Below, one piece after another: positions 9,128-18,032 of a DNA stretch of 64,000 bases. The stretch is from Patescibacteria group bacterium. Lineage in GTDB: Bacteria; Patescibacteriota; Microgenomatia; Levybacterales; UBA12049. Location: assembly GCA_038063415.1 (NCBI GenBank), contig JBBTVD010000006.1, forward strand, positions 137,948 through 201,947, written 5' to 3'. How positions within the stretch are numbered: the first letter of the stretch is position 1; the number at the start of each line of letters is the position of its first letter. The translations under genes were made by a program, and so were the position numbers. The notes beneath the pieces were generated by a model. It was not told the origin of the DNA, did no database searches, and saw only the letters and a list, made by a program, of their open reading frames with translations.

Positions 9128-10410
9128 CGTCCAACACCAACGTAGGTAAATCCTAATCCTTTGACTGTTTCAGGATCGTAGATATTTCGTCCATCAATAA
9201 TGGTTGGTTTCTTAATTAGTTTTTTTACCTTTTGCAGATCAATCTGCTTAAATTCATTCCATTCGGTGACTATTACCAGAATATCTGCCCCCTCGACACA
9301 GGTATAAGGATCATCAACAAAAGTGACCTTATCTTTAAAGACTGCTCGTGTCTTTGGAATACCTTCAGGATCATACGCTGTTACCTTAAATCCTTTTTGC
9401 AGGAGGTCTTGAATTAAATATGTTGCAGGTGCTTCTCGGATATCATCAGTATTTGGCTTGAAGCTCAACCCCCAAACTGCAACATTCTTCCCTTTTGTAT
9501 TGTCCAAAATTTTCTGTAACACATTTTCTCGAGCTTGAGTGTTTACACTATCAACGCCATCAAGAAGTGTCGTATCAATCCCAAGCGAATGACCTATTTG
9601 AATGAGGGCTTTCACATCCTTTGGAAAGCATGAGCCACCATACCCAATACCTGGGTTCATAAAAACACGCCCAATCCGTTTATCAAGGCCAACAGCATCA
9701 AGAACCTCCTCAATGTTGGCACCTGTTTTTTCACTATAAAATGAAATTAAATTCGCAAAAGAAATTTTTGTGGAAAGAATTGCATTTGCCGTATATTTAA
9801 TCAATTCTGCTGATGCCAAATTGGTAATAACACGAGGCGCATCAATTCCTTCGTGAAGTGTCACCATACTATCAATTGCTCTTTTTGAGTCTGAACCAAT
9901 AACTACTCTATCAGGGTGGAGTGTATTGGCAAGGGCAGTTCCCTGGCTTAAGAATTCAGGACAGGAAGCAATCGCAAATGCAGCGTCTTTTGGCTTTACG
10001 GAATTAAGAATTTCTGCTACCTTTTCATTTGTACCGATCGTTACGGTACTCTTACAAGAAACAACAGTAAAGCCTTTTTTCAAATGTTTACCAATTTTTT
10101 CGGCGACAGTAAATACAGCAGAGAGATCAGCAGCACCTGATGTCTGGGGTGGAGTACCGACAGCAATAAAGACCACATCAGATTCACTAACTGCTTTCTC
10201 ATATTCTGTGGTAAAGTTCATTCGCTTTGCCTTAAGATTCTTTTTGAGTAGCTCTTCAAGCCCTGGCTCAAAGATTATTGGATCACCCTTTTTGAGGCGT
10301 TCAATTTTTTCTGGAGTATGTCCGATGACATGTACCGTATTGCCCAAATCAGCAAAGACGCTTGCAGTAACCAGTCCTACGTATCCATGGCCGACAAAAG
10401 TAATCGTCAT
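9124..10410 (-). CDS. ugd: UDP-glucose 6-dehydrogenase
   Basis: GHGYVG, FIAVGTP, KSTV, PEFL, GYGGSCFPKD, FKPNTDDIRE. Confidence 0.93.
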   Translation of the reverse strand: MTITFVGHGYVGLVTASVFADLGNTVHVIGHTPEKIERLKKGDPIIFEPGLEELLKKNLKAKRMNFTTEYEKAVSESDVVFIAVGTPPQTSGAADLSAVFTVAEKIGKHLKKGFTVVSCKSTVTIGTNEKVAEILNSVKPKDAAFAIASCPEFLSQGTALANTLHPDRVVIGSDSKRAIDSMVTLHEGIDAPRVITNLASAELIKYTANAILSTKISFANLISFYSEKTGANIEEVLDAVGLDKRIGRVFMNPGIGYGGSCFPKDVKALIQIGHSLGIDTTLLDGVDSVNTQARENVLQKILDNTKGKNVAVWGLSFKPNTDDIREAPATYLIQDLLQKGFKVTAYDPEGIPKTRAVFKDKVTFVDDPYTCVEGADILVIVTEWNEFKQIDLQKVKKLIKKPTIIDGRNIYDPETVKGLGFTYVGVGR

Positions 10411-10463
10411 ATAAGAATAAAACTAAGAATAAACTAATAACCCAGTAAATGCAATAGTTAATT

Positions 10464-11345
10464 TCACTCTATCACCGGGCTAACCTCATGTATTGCATCT
10501 GAAAAAGACCGCATCGTTAGCCCAAGTTCTGTAATCTTGTTATTGTTTAATGCTATATTATACGGACGAGGAGCCTTCCCGGAGAAATATTCTGCGCGGG
10601 TTGTCTCGCTAATCAGTGAACGATCATAGCCAAACCTCTCGGCAATGAGTAAGGAAGCTTCGTACGGAGTAAGACTCTGCCCCCCAACAATATGATAAAT
10701 ACCTTGGGAATCGCTTGTTATAAGCTTATCAAGAGCAAATGCAATATCGTCAATATAAGTTGGACTCATAACATGGTCCGTAACAGCACGGATTTCTTGT
10801 CCTGTTGATAATCGATCCATAATTGCATGAACAAAGTCTTTTTTCACTGCAAAGGCATCCTTACGGAATGGATAAGCAAGCCTTGCAATAATAAATGGCA
10901 AGCTCGACTCACGAACATGTTCTTCTCCTAAATACTTTGTCTGCGCATACCAATTGACTGGGTTACAATCATCCTCTTCAGTGTATCCTCCCTCTGGAGC
11001 GTTTTCTCCGTCAAAAACAAAATCAGTTGAGATATAGATAAATTTTTTATTTGTCGGAAGACAGGCATCAAGGACGTTTTGCGTTCCCAAAACGTTTATT
11101 TTGTAAGCGGAACCATCCTCACCAAGCAAACGATCTGCCTCACACCCATCAACGTCTGCTTTTGCAGCCATGTGGATCAACAACTCATGTTCTTTGTCAT
11201 TGCGTATTGGCCCAAGTGTTGTCGGGTCCGTTATATCTACGCCACTTTCAAGACTAAATTGATCAACAATATAATTCTTAGAAAGAAGCTCTACGACACG
11301 AGAGCCAACAAGGCCAGATCCACCGATCATAAAAATCTTCTTCAT
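10464..11345 (-). CDS. rmlD: dTDP-4-dehydrorhamnose reductase
   Basis: GGSGLVG, ISTDFVFDG, YAQTK, SPTY, RP. Confidence 0.88.
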   Translation of the reverse strand: MKKIFMIGGSGLVGSRVVELLSKNYIVDQFSLESGVDITDPTTLGPIRNDKEHELLIHMAAKADVDGCEADRLLGEDGSAYKINVLGTQNVLDACLPTNKKFIYISTDFVFDGENAPEGGYTEEDDCNPVNWYAQTKYLGEEHVRESSLPFIIARLAYPFRKDAFAVKKDFVHAIMDRLSTGQEIRAVTDHVMSPTYIDDIAFALDKLITSDSQGIYHIVGGQSLTPYEASLLIAERFGYDRSLISETTRAEYFSGKAPRPYNIALNNNKITELGLTMRSFSDAIHEVSPVIE

Positions 11346-11890
11346 AGCTGTACCTTCCCTTCTTTTAATAACGTATTGAGTAATAAAATACCAGCTACAT
11401 GCGAAGCGACAAGTATTTCTCCAGATAATGCTTTTGCAACAGCCTCTGAAAAAGGCATCTTTACCACAGAAATGGCCTCATCAGCATTAGGACTCGCTGT
11501 ACCTTCTTGCACATCAAAAGCAGCAAAGATATAATTCGTTGAACGCATATTTGCTGAGACTTCCCAGGTAGCAATTTTTTCTAATCGACCGGCAGTTAAA
11601 CCCGTTTCTTCCTTTAGCTCTCGCTTTGCTGTTTCAATCGGATCGTCTCCAGACTCAATTGTTCCAGCGCAAATTTCCAATATTTCTTTCTGAAATGAAT
11701 CACGATATTGTTGCAATAAATATATTTCTCCATTTTTGCTTAGAGGAAGGATGAGAGCAGCTGCATTTCTCTCGATAAAATCTTTGGTAAAAGTTCTGCC
11801 ATTTCTCTCTATCTGTTTTTGTACCACACGAAAATACTTAGCCTGATACATTGTTTTTTCTGAGAGAATCCGGGTCGAATTATTTGCCAT
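11342..11890 (-). CDS. NUDIX hydrolase (ADP-sugar pyrophosphatase-like)
   Basis: QYR...LEICAG and Nudix box GTIESGDDPIETAKRELKEETG; start reassigned to 11890 (MANNST). Confidence 0.85.
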   Translation of the reverse strand: MANNSTRILSEKTMYQAKYFRVVQKQIERNGRTFTKDFIERNAAALILPLSKNGEIYLLQQYRDSFQKEILEICAGTIESGDDPIETAKRELKEETGLTAGRLEKIATWEVSANMRSTNYIFAAFDVQEGTASPNADEAISVVKMPFSEAVAKALSGEILVASHVAGILLLNTLLKEGKVQL

Positions 11891-12890
11891 ATTGCTTTGC
11901 GTAATACTCTTGATACTCCCCTGATTTAATACTTTTCCACCACGATTCATGTTCTGTATACCAAGTTACTGTCTTTTCGAGCCACTCCTCGAACGTATGT
12001 TGTGGTTGCCATCCCAGTTCGTTTTTGATCTTTGACCAGTCGACATCATACTTACGATCATGCCCTGGCCTATCTTTGACAAATGCAATAAAGCTTTCGT
12101 CTTTGCCAAGCAATTGAACAATCATTTTGACAATTTCAATATTGGGCTTAAGTTCGGTCATTCCACCGACAAGATAGGTCTCTCCTATTTTGCCTTTCTG
12201 CAACACCAAATCGATAGCACGAGCATGGTCATCAACATATAACCAATCACGAACATACAGCCCATCACCATACACAGGAACCTTTTTGCCTTCCAGTAGG
12301 TTGGTAATAGCCAGTGGAATTAATTTCTCCGGAAACATATAGGGGCCAAAATTGTTTGAACAATTGGTAATCGTAATTGGCAACCCATAGGTTATGTTAT
12401 ATGCCCTGACCAAATGGTCAGATGCTGCTTTACTGGCAGAGTACGGACTACGTGGAGAATAAGGAGTATCTTCAGTAAACTTCTTGTGATCTTCAAGTTC
12501 TAGTGATCCAAATACTTCGTCTGTTGAGACATGATGAAAGTGTTTAATGTTCTTTTTGAGAGCCGCATCCAGAAGCACTTGCGTACCAAGCACATTTGTT
12601 TCTATAAAAACGGCAGGTCCGATAATAGATCTGTCTACATGCGTCTCAGCAGCAAAATGAACGATAGTATCGATTCCTTCCATTGCGGAGGATACAGCCG
12701 CAGGATCACAAATATTTCCATGAACAAACGCGTAGTGAGGGTTATCTTGCACAGAGCGAAGATTTCCCAAATTACCAGCATAAGTTAATTGGTCAAAATT
12801 AACAATGTGATCACCAGGATGTTCACGCATCCAATAAAGGATAAAGTTAGAACCAATAAATCCAGCTCCACCGGTAACAAGCAGTTTCAT
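11880..12890 (-). CDS. rmlB: dTDP-glucose 4,6-dehydratase
   Basis: GGAGFIGSN, HFAAETHVDRSI, VSTDEVFG, PYSASKA, DRPGHDRKY. Confidence 0.95.
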   Translation of the reverse strand: MKLLVTGGAGFIGSNFILYWMREHPGDHIVNFDQLTYAGNLGNLRSVQDNPHYAFVHGNICDPAAVSSAMEGIDTIVHFAAETHVDRSIIGPAVFIETNVLGTQVLLDAALKKNIKHFHHVSTDEVFGSLELEDHKKFTEDTPYSPRSPYSASKAASDHLVRAYNITYGLPITITNCSNNFGPYMFPEKLIPLAITNLLEGKKVPVYGDGLYVRDWLYVDDHARAIDLVLQKGKIGETYLVGGMTELKPNIEIVKMIVQLLGKDESFIAFVKDRPGHDRKYDVDWSKIKNELGWQPQHTFEEWLEKTVTWYTEHESWWKSIKSGEYQEYYAKQYGK

Positions 12891-12897
12891 AAATGTA

Positions 12898-13623
12898 TTA
12901 TGCCAATTCGCCTTTCTTTACTTTTTCGGCGATAAAGTTATTTACACGCAGAAGTCCATCAAAAGTTCCAGCATCTTCCCACCAGCCATTGAGGACGCTT
13001 ACCTTCAATTCTTTGGTCTTAAAGTACTGCATATAGAGATCAACAATCTCGATCTCTCCCCGATCTGAAGGCTTGAGATCGAGAGCAAATTCCGAAGCAC
13101 GGTTATCAAAAACGTAAATACCAGGTACAGCAAAGTTGCTCTTTGGCTCTTTTGGTTTCTCAACAACAGAAAGCACATTGCCCTCTGAGTCAAATTCAAC
13201 GACAGCTGACTTCTCAGGATCTGCGACTTTTTTTGCAAAAATATGTCCTCCACTTTTAAAGTTTTTGATAGGATCAGTGAAGTCATCCTCAAAAATATTA
13301 TCTCCAAGAATCATCGTTACATTGTCTCCCTTGATAAAATCCTTCCCGACAATAAACGCGTCGGCCAATCCCCGCGGCTCTTCCTGAATTTCATACGTAA
13401 ACTTTACGCCAAATTCTCTCCCTGAACCGAGTAAATTAAGAAAATGACCAGCATATTGTGGAGCAATAATGATAAGAATTTCCTTAATTCCTGCCTGAAT
13501 AAGCGTATTCAGTGGATAAAAAATCATGGGTTTATTATAGACAGGCAAAAGCTGCTTCGAGGTTATTTTGGTCAATGGTCGAAGGCGTGTAGCACTTCCT
13601 CCAGCAAGAATAATTCCTTTCAT
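12898..13623 (-). CDS. rmlA: Glucose-1-phosphate thymidylyltransferase (short form)
   Basis: GIILAGGSATRLRPLT...SKQLLPVYNKPMI, LGDN, RGEIEI, WEDAGT. Confidence 0.9.
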   Translation of the reverse strand: MKGIILAGGSATRLRPLTKITSKQLLPVYNKPMIFYPLNTLIQAGIKEILIIIAPQYAGHFLNLLGSGREFGVKFTYEIQEEPRGLADAFIVGKDFIKGDNVTMILGDNIFEDDFTDPIKNFKSGGHIFAKKVADPEKSAVVEFDSEGNVLSVVEKPKEPKSNFAVPGIYVFDNRASEFALDLKPSDRGEIEIVDLYMQYFKTKELKVSVLNGWWEDAGTFDGLLRVNNFIAEKVKKGELA

Positions 13624-13639
13624 AATGTACTGTTCATCC

Positions 13640-13900
13640 TTAGAAATTAAAAAGAAACAAGGACAGGATGAACCCTAAGCTTCCTATTAGGACATATTCT
13701 ATCACAATTTTTAATGGGATGTTATGATGAATTGCATGGTGGAGTAGCCCCCAGGTAATGTAGAAGAGAGTCAAACCTAAAACAATAACAATCTGCATAT
13801 TTTTGTCTCCTTGCACCAAAAAGAGTAACAAAATACACACGCTTGCAACAACGAAAGAGACGCAGTAGTACCAAATATGCTTCATAAAGTCGCTATTCAT
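13640..13900 (-). CDS. Small membrane protein (3 TM)
   Basis: Hydrophobic ORF (YITWGLLHH...IVIEY), tightly coupled to its neighbours. Confidence 0.7.
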   Translation of the reverse strand: MNSDFMKHIWYYCVSFVVASVCILLLFLVQGDKNMQIVIVLGLTLFYITWGLLHHAIHHNIPLKIVIEYVLIGSLGFILSLFLFNF

Positions 13901-14805
13901 TATAAAATTACTCCTTTCCCAATGAGTATACCAGCAATAAGCAGCGCCGTTAGAAAGATAATATGATCAATGTTGTGCGCCACGATACGCGTTACTTGTT
14001 TACGCCCAATGACAATTGCGTCGATAATAAGTACACCAATAAAGAGAATAAAAATAAATAATGCGATATTTCTTGTGGTTGATTTACTATCAATAAGTGG
14101 TCTGTTTTCCAGAGATGCAACAATCTCTGGAGCGCCTCGTTGTTCGTCATTAAAAGGATTGACTGATGCTTCAAAACTTACTCGAGGGATAGCTGGTGTC
14201 GGGAAAGTCTGTCCAAGCGTTGTGGGTTGTTGTTCCTGAGCAATATATTTTGTGCCAAACATTTCTACCACAAGTACCGTATCTGAACCAGTCAATTCAC
14301 CTGTTTTAATAGCAAAACCAACCTCATTATAATTTGGTGAAAGCATATTTTCTTTGTGAGAAGGACTATGTATCCATGCCGTGACTACCTCAGGAGCGGT
14401 AGTAAATCCACGAGCAAGATTTTCTCCCGCATAAAGATATTCATAGCCGCTATTTCTGATAAATAACCACGGGGTTGTTCCATCGGGAGCAATATGTGCC
14501 CAGTAATTCTTGGTAAACATATGATCAGCTTTTAACGTAGCTGCGGTTGAAAGTTGGTCATTGAGACGCAATGGTGTTAAGCCTTCTTTTTCCCGTTCTT
14601 TGTTGGTTAAGGTGAGAAGCTCTTGCGCTGAGATATCGGCGGTAATACTCAGAACAGCAGGATAGTCACGTCGTACAAGAGTACTGGATACACTGATGAT
14701 GCAGAGAGCAATAACAAGCACAAAGAGACTCTGGTGATGTAATACTTTGGGACGGTGGTTATTGGTATGATGTGGTACAAAAAGATGCCGCAAAAAACTG
14801 AACAT
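13900..14805 (-). CDS. CAP (SCP/YkwD) domain membrane protein
   Basis: LTNKER...L..AA..KADHM...YWAH, AGENLA, WIHSPSHKENML. Confidence 0.9.
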   Translation of the reverse strand: MFSFLRHLFVPHHTNNHRPKVLHHQSLFVLVIALCIISVSSTLVRRDYPAVLSITADISAQELLTLTNKEREKEGLTPLRLNDQLSTAATLKADHMFTKNYWAHIAPDGTTPWLFIRNSGYEYLYAGENLARGFTTAPEVVTAWIHSPSHKENMLSPNYNEVGFAIKTGELTGSDTVLVVEMFGTKYIAQEQQPTTLGQTFPTPAIPRVSFEASVNPFNDEQRGAPEIVASLENRPLIDSKSTTRNIALFIFILFIGVLIIDAIVIGRKQVTRIVAHNIDHIIFLTALLIAGILIGKGVIL

Positions 14806-14851
14806 ATAGTAAGGGTAACATAGACTTCACGATAATCTCAATATGGAATTA

Positions 14852-15166
14852 TCACGAATACTGGGGAAGCACACTCTCTCCAATAGGATGATCATTAACG
14901 GGGATCTGCAACAAAAATCCAAGGGTATTCGCAATAGCAACACCCACCCGAAGTCCCGTAAATGACCCTGGACCAGGTGAAACCTGAATCGCCGTAATAT
15001 CTTTTAGTTTATGGCCAGTATCATGCAATAGCTTTTCAAGTAAAGGGAGTACTACTTGAGCCTTTTGCCGATCCAACAGTTGACTGAAATGAATATTTTT
15101 TCCATTAATCCGTAATGCTACCGTTACTTGCTTATTATCTGAGGTATCAATAAAAAGAACCATCAT
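14852..15166 (-). CDS. tsaB: tRNA threonylcarbamoyladenosine biosynthesis protein TsaB (short form)
   Basis: LFIDTS and GPGSFTGLRVGVAIANTL; only 104 aa. Confidence 0.85.
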   Translation of the reverse strand: MMVLFIDTSDNKQVTVALRINGKNIHFSQLLDRQKAQVVLPLLEKLLHDTGHKLKDITAIQVSPGPGSFTGLRVGVAIANTLGFLLQIPVNDHPIGESVLPQYS

Positions 15167-15194
15167 GGGAATATTATAGCATGCATAAGCTTCC

Positions 15195-15776
15195 TTACTC
15201 TTTCAGGGAAACTGCCCCTTGTCGAAGAATCTCCCACGGCTCAACAGCACAGTTAATAACGGTTGACGCTTCTTTGACAGTACATTCCCCCGGTAGAACA
15301 AAATCGACAAGTTTCATAAGTTCACGATCTAATCCCTCGATGCTATAGGGAGTTTGTTCTCCATGAAAATTTGCTGAAGGTCCAAGAAGAGGCACTCCTA
15401 CCCCCGCAATAAGTGATTGGGCTACCTGATGATTTGGCTGTCGGACACCCAAATTATTTCCTTCCCCCCGTACAAACTCCGACACTTTTTCTTTTTTGCA
15501 AGGAAGAACAATAGTCAGAGCACCTGGCCAATATTTTTCTAGCAAATCTCTTTTTACTTGTTCAGGAATTGGCAACAGATATGCCTGTGCCATAGCAATC
15601 CCACTGACAAGCACGGGTGTTGCTTGTGTTTTCGGACGTCGTCGCAGTCGAAAGAGACGTGTGATAGCCACTTCATTATCCATTCGACAGCCAATGCCAA
15701 AGGCCGTATCCGTGGGAAAAATACCCACACCACCCTGATTAAGAATAGTAATTGCCTGTTGTATTGTAATAACCAT
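15195..15776 (-). CDS. tsaC: L-threonylcarbamoyladenylate synthase (YrdC/Sua5)
   Basis: FPTDTAFGIGC, WPGALT, GVRQP, PSAN, STV, ILRQG; start reassigned to 15776 because the upstream in-frame stretch is a repeat element. Confidence 0.9.
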   Translation of the reverse strand: MVITIQQAITILNQGGVGIFPTDTAFGIGCRMDNEVAITRLFRLRRRPKTQATPVLVSGIAMAQAYLLPIPEQVKRDLLEKYWPGALTIVLPCKKEKVSEFVRGEGNNLGVRQPNHQVAQSLIAGVGVPLLGPSANFHGEQTPYSIEGLDRELMKLVDFVLPGECTVKEASTVINCAVEPWEILRQGAVSLKE

Positions 15777-15783
15777 AGTTATA

Positions 15784-15850
15784 TTGTCATCCTGAGCGAG
15801 CGAAGGATCTTGGCTAAAAAAGATTCTTCGGCAACGCCTCAGAATGACAA
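15784..15850. repeat. GTCAT...ATGAC palindromic (REP/RPE-like) element, copy 1
   Basis: TTGTCATCCTGAGCGAGCGAAGGATCT...AGATTCTTCGGCAACGCCTCAGAATGACAA; contains the stop codon of the GIY-YIG gene. Confidence 0.85.
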
Positions 15851-16123
15851 AGAGAGATCCTTCCATTCAGAATTTCTAGATTCGATTAGAGAAACTTTTT
15901 TTATTCTTATCCACCCTTTCATTTTCTTTTCACTTGCTATTGCTTCATCTATTAATTGAAATTCTTCAAAGTATACTAACTTAGATACATTATATTTCTT
16001 TGTAAATCCTTCCACCAACTTATTTTTATGCTCATAAACTCTCCTTCTTAAATCATTCGTTACTCCAATATACAGAATCTTATTATTCCAGTTAGTAAGA
16101 ATATAAACCCAATATGATCTCAT
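15839..16123 (-). CDS. GIY-YIG nuclease (small UPF0213-like)
   Basis: YWVYIL...LYIGVTNDLRRRVYEHK...GFTKKY...LVYFE...AIASEKKMKGW...EWKDL. Confidence 0.92.
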   Translation of the reverse strand: MRSYWVYILTNWNNKILYIGVTNDLRRRVYEHKNKLVEGFTKKYNVSKLVYFEEFQLIDEAIASEKKMKGWIRIKKVSLIESRNSEWKDLSLSF

Positions 16124-16521
16124 CTTTCAACTTCTATAAGATGTACTCGCTCCACATCATGCTGTTTGGCATCAGCCCATTCATACATGATTGCTGGAAT
16201 CTTTCCTCTATTCACAACAGCATGAGGAATATAAGGAGGAAGAGAAAAAAGTGTGAGACCATGGCCTTCTGTTGGTCCCATTTTTTCTTCACGCTTACCT
16301 GTTTCATCTTTCCAGACAAGCACCAAGCCATCAGTTACGGCAAGAAATATTTCACGTCTTGGATGCTTGTGGTTCCCCCCAACCTCACTTGGAGGAATCG
16401 AGACAAGACTGTGGGTAACAGGAGTAAATCCTTCAGGCAGCGACACCTGTTCTATAAAGAGATTCCATAACCCTTGCTTTGTTTTCTTTGTTGGTGTTAT
16501 CCCAATTTTTTCAACGTTCAT
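16120..16521 (-). CDS. Cupin-fold protein (WxcM/FdtA/RmlC-like)
   Basis: GGNHKHPRREIF and LPPYIPHAVVN cupin motifs. Confidence 0.75.
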   Translation of the reverse strand: MNVEKIGITPTKKTKQGLWNLFIEQVSLPEGFTPVTHSLVSIPPSEVGGNHKHPRREIFLAVTDGLVLVWKDETGKREEKMGPTEGHGLTLFSLPPYIPHAVVNRGKIPAIMYEWADAKQHDVERVHLIEVER

Positions 16522-16961
16522 AACTTTTCTTCAACAATAATTTCTCGTGTAGATTCATCAATTGGGTGAAACGATAACGCAAGATGTTTCTCGGGAAGTA
16601 AGTCTCCAAGTTTTTCCGGCCATTCGATGACGACAATATTTTGGGTATCCTGCATAATGTCAAAGAGCCCAATCTCTTCAATCTCATCGGTATGTTCAAT
16701 CCGGTACAGATCTACATGGTACAAGAATTTCTTTCTGCTTTTACTAGCATCTGGAAGCATGTACGTTCGTATAATAATAAACGTCGGAGAAATAATAGCC
16801 TGGGTGATACCAAGTCCTTGAGCAAAGCCTTGTGTAAAGGTTGTCTTCCCACTACCCAAATCTCCTTGTAAAGTAATTACTTGGAACTGTTCTTTTTGCT
16901 TAGCAATAGTGCGGGCAAGCTCTTGTGTTTCTTGAACATGTTTTGTCGTATAGGTTTTCAT
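16518..16961 (-). CDS. tsaE: t6A biosynthesis ATPase TsaE
   Basis: GDLGSGKTTF, SPTF, HVDLYR, IEWPE. Confidence 0.95.
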   Translation of the reverse strand: MKTYTTKHVQETQELARTIAKQKEQFQVITLQGDLGSGKTTFTQGFAQGLGITQAIISPTFIIIRTYMLPDASKSRKKFLYHVDLYRIEHTDEIEEIGLFDIMQDTQNIVVIEWPEKLGDLLPEKHLALSFHPIDESTREIIVEEKL

Positions 16962-16962
16962 C

Positions 16963-17826
16963 TTAGTTCCCTCTTCTTATTTTATTGTATAGCAGTATAC
17001 CACAACTTACTAGTAATACCGAGCCTGCTAAAAGAAATGGAGCTGCTTTTGGTACAGCACTTTGTATATCTTTAACCAATACTGCAGTTTTTTTCTTGGC
17101 ACTTTGTGATGCTTCCTTTTTCTTGGCAGAGCTTGTACTTACCCCAAGTATGGGTGAAGGATAAAATCTTTTGGAGGTAGCACTCGGTGAAGCTTTTGCT
17201 CCTGGACTGAGTTTTATAAACAATTCATCTGTTGTTTGCGACATATCCTCCTCTTTTATCGTTGGATTTTTTGTCGCATTGAGTTCATTTTCAAGTTTTT
17301 CAGTGGGTGCTGGTTTCTGTGTCGGAATAGGAGTAGGAGTGATGGTAGGTGCTGGCGGATTATTACTTTCTCCTTTTGATGGAGAGGAGAGTATCTGGAA
17401 CTGACCAGTTGCATTAGGATATCTTCCAATGGTTACCTCCACTCCAGAGTCTTGGGTATAGCTATACTGATCAACAATCGTCCCTTCAGCAGTAAAGAGT
17501 ACTACCGTGTCGCTATTGTTGTTAAATAATGAACTTACTTCCATGATAAAGTAATCAGAAGCATAGCCTGCGACACTATTTTCTAAACTTCTTTTTGATC
17601 CATTACCGGCATCATCCATAAAACTCGTATCATCATCGATCCAATAGGTCGTAAGTTGTATATCTGATGGAGCAACTATTTCTACCCATTCTTTATTCTC
17701 GCTACTTGGATGAGTAGAAAACTCATTAATAACGGGAGTAGACAGAGCAAATACCCTAGGTGGAATAAAGAAAACAAATGCAAAAAAGACCCAAATTAAT
17801 CTTTTTAAATTAGCTATATATCTCAT
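16963..17826 (-). CDS. Secreted lamin-tail-domain protein with PT-rich linker and C-terminal TM anchor
   Basis: Signal peptide, VINEF...EWVEI, FNNNSDTVVL...VDQY, PTITPTPIPT, C-terminal TM plus KIRR. Confidence 0.75.
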   Translation of the reverse strand: MRYIANLKRLIWVFFAFVFFIPPRVFALSTPVINEFSTHPSSENKEWVEIVAPSDIQLTTYWIDDDTSFMDDAGNGSKRSLENSVAGYASDYFIMEVSSLFNNNSDTVVLFTAEGTIVDQYSYTQDSGVEVTIGRYPNATGQFQILSSPSKGESNNPPAPTITPTPIPTQKPAPTEKLENELNATKNPTIKEEDMSQTTDELFIKLSPGAKASPSATSKRFYPSPILGVSTSSAKKKEASQSAKKKTAVLVKDIQSAVPKAAPFLLAGSVLLVSCGILLYNKIRRGN

Positions 17827-17895
17827 ATGATTTAAGTTTAGTATATTTTACTTGGGAGAGTAAAGAGGCTTATTTACTCATATTACACAATGCTC

Positions 17896-17966
17896 CGTCA
17901 TTCTGGCTTGTCCAGAATCCGTCATATGATCCTGGATGCGCTCGTACCTTGCTTACCAGGATGACG
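17896..17966. repeat. GTCAT...ATGAC palindromic element, copy 2 (intergenic)
   Basis: CGTCATTCTGGCTTGTCCAGAATCC...GATCCTGG...CCAGGATGACG; first 24 nt identical to 23916-23939. Confidence 0.85.
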
Positions 17967-18032
17967 TTGGCGTAACGTGAATTATTTAGTTTAGCTACAA
18001 AAAGAACGGTGAGGAGTTATACTCGTAGATTA

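Noticed and set aside
15777-15866. N-terminal extension of the TsaC ORF (MEGSLFVILRRCRRIF...)
   Set aside because: It is the translation of the palindromic element and overlaps the GIY-YIG gene; the real start is probably 15776.
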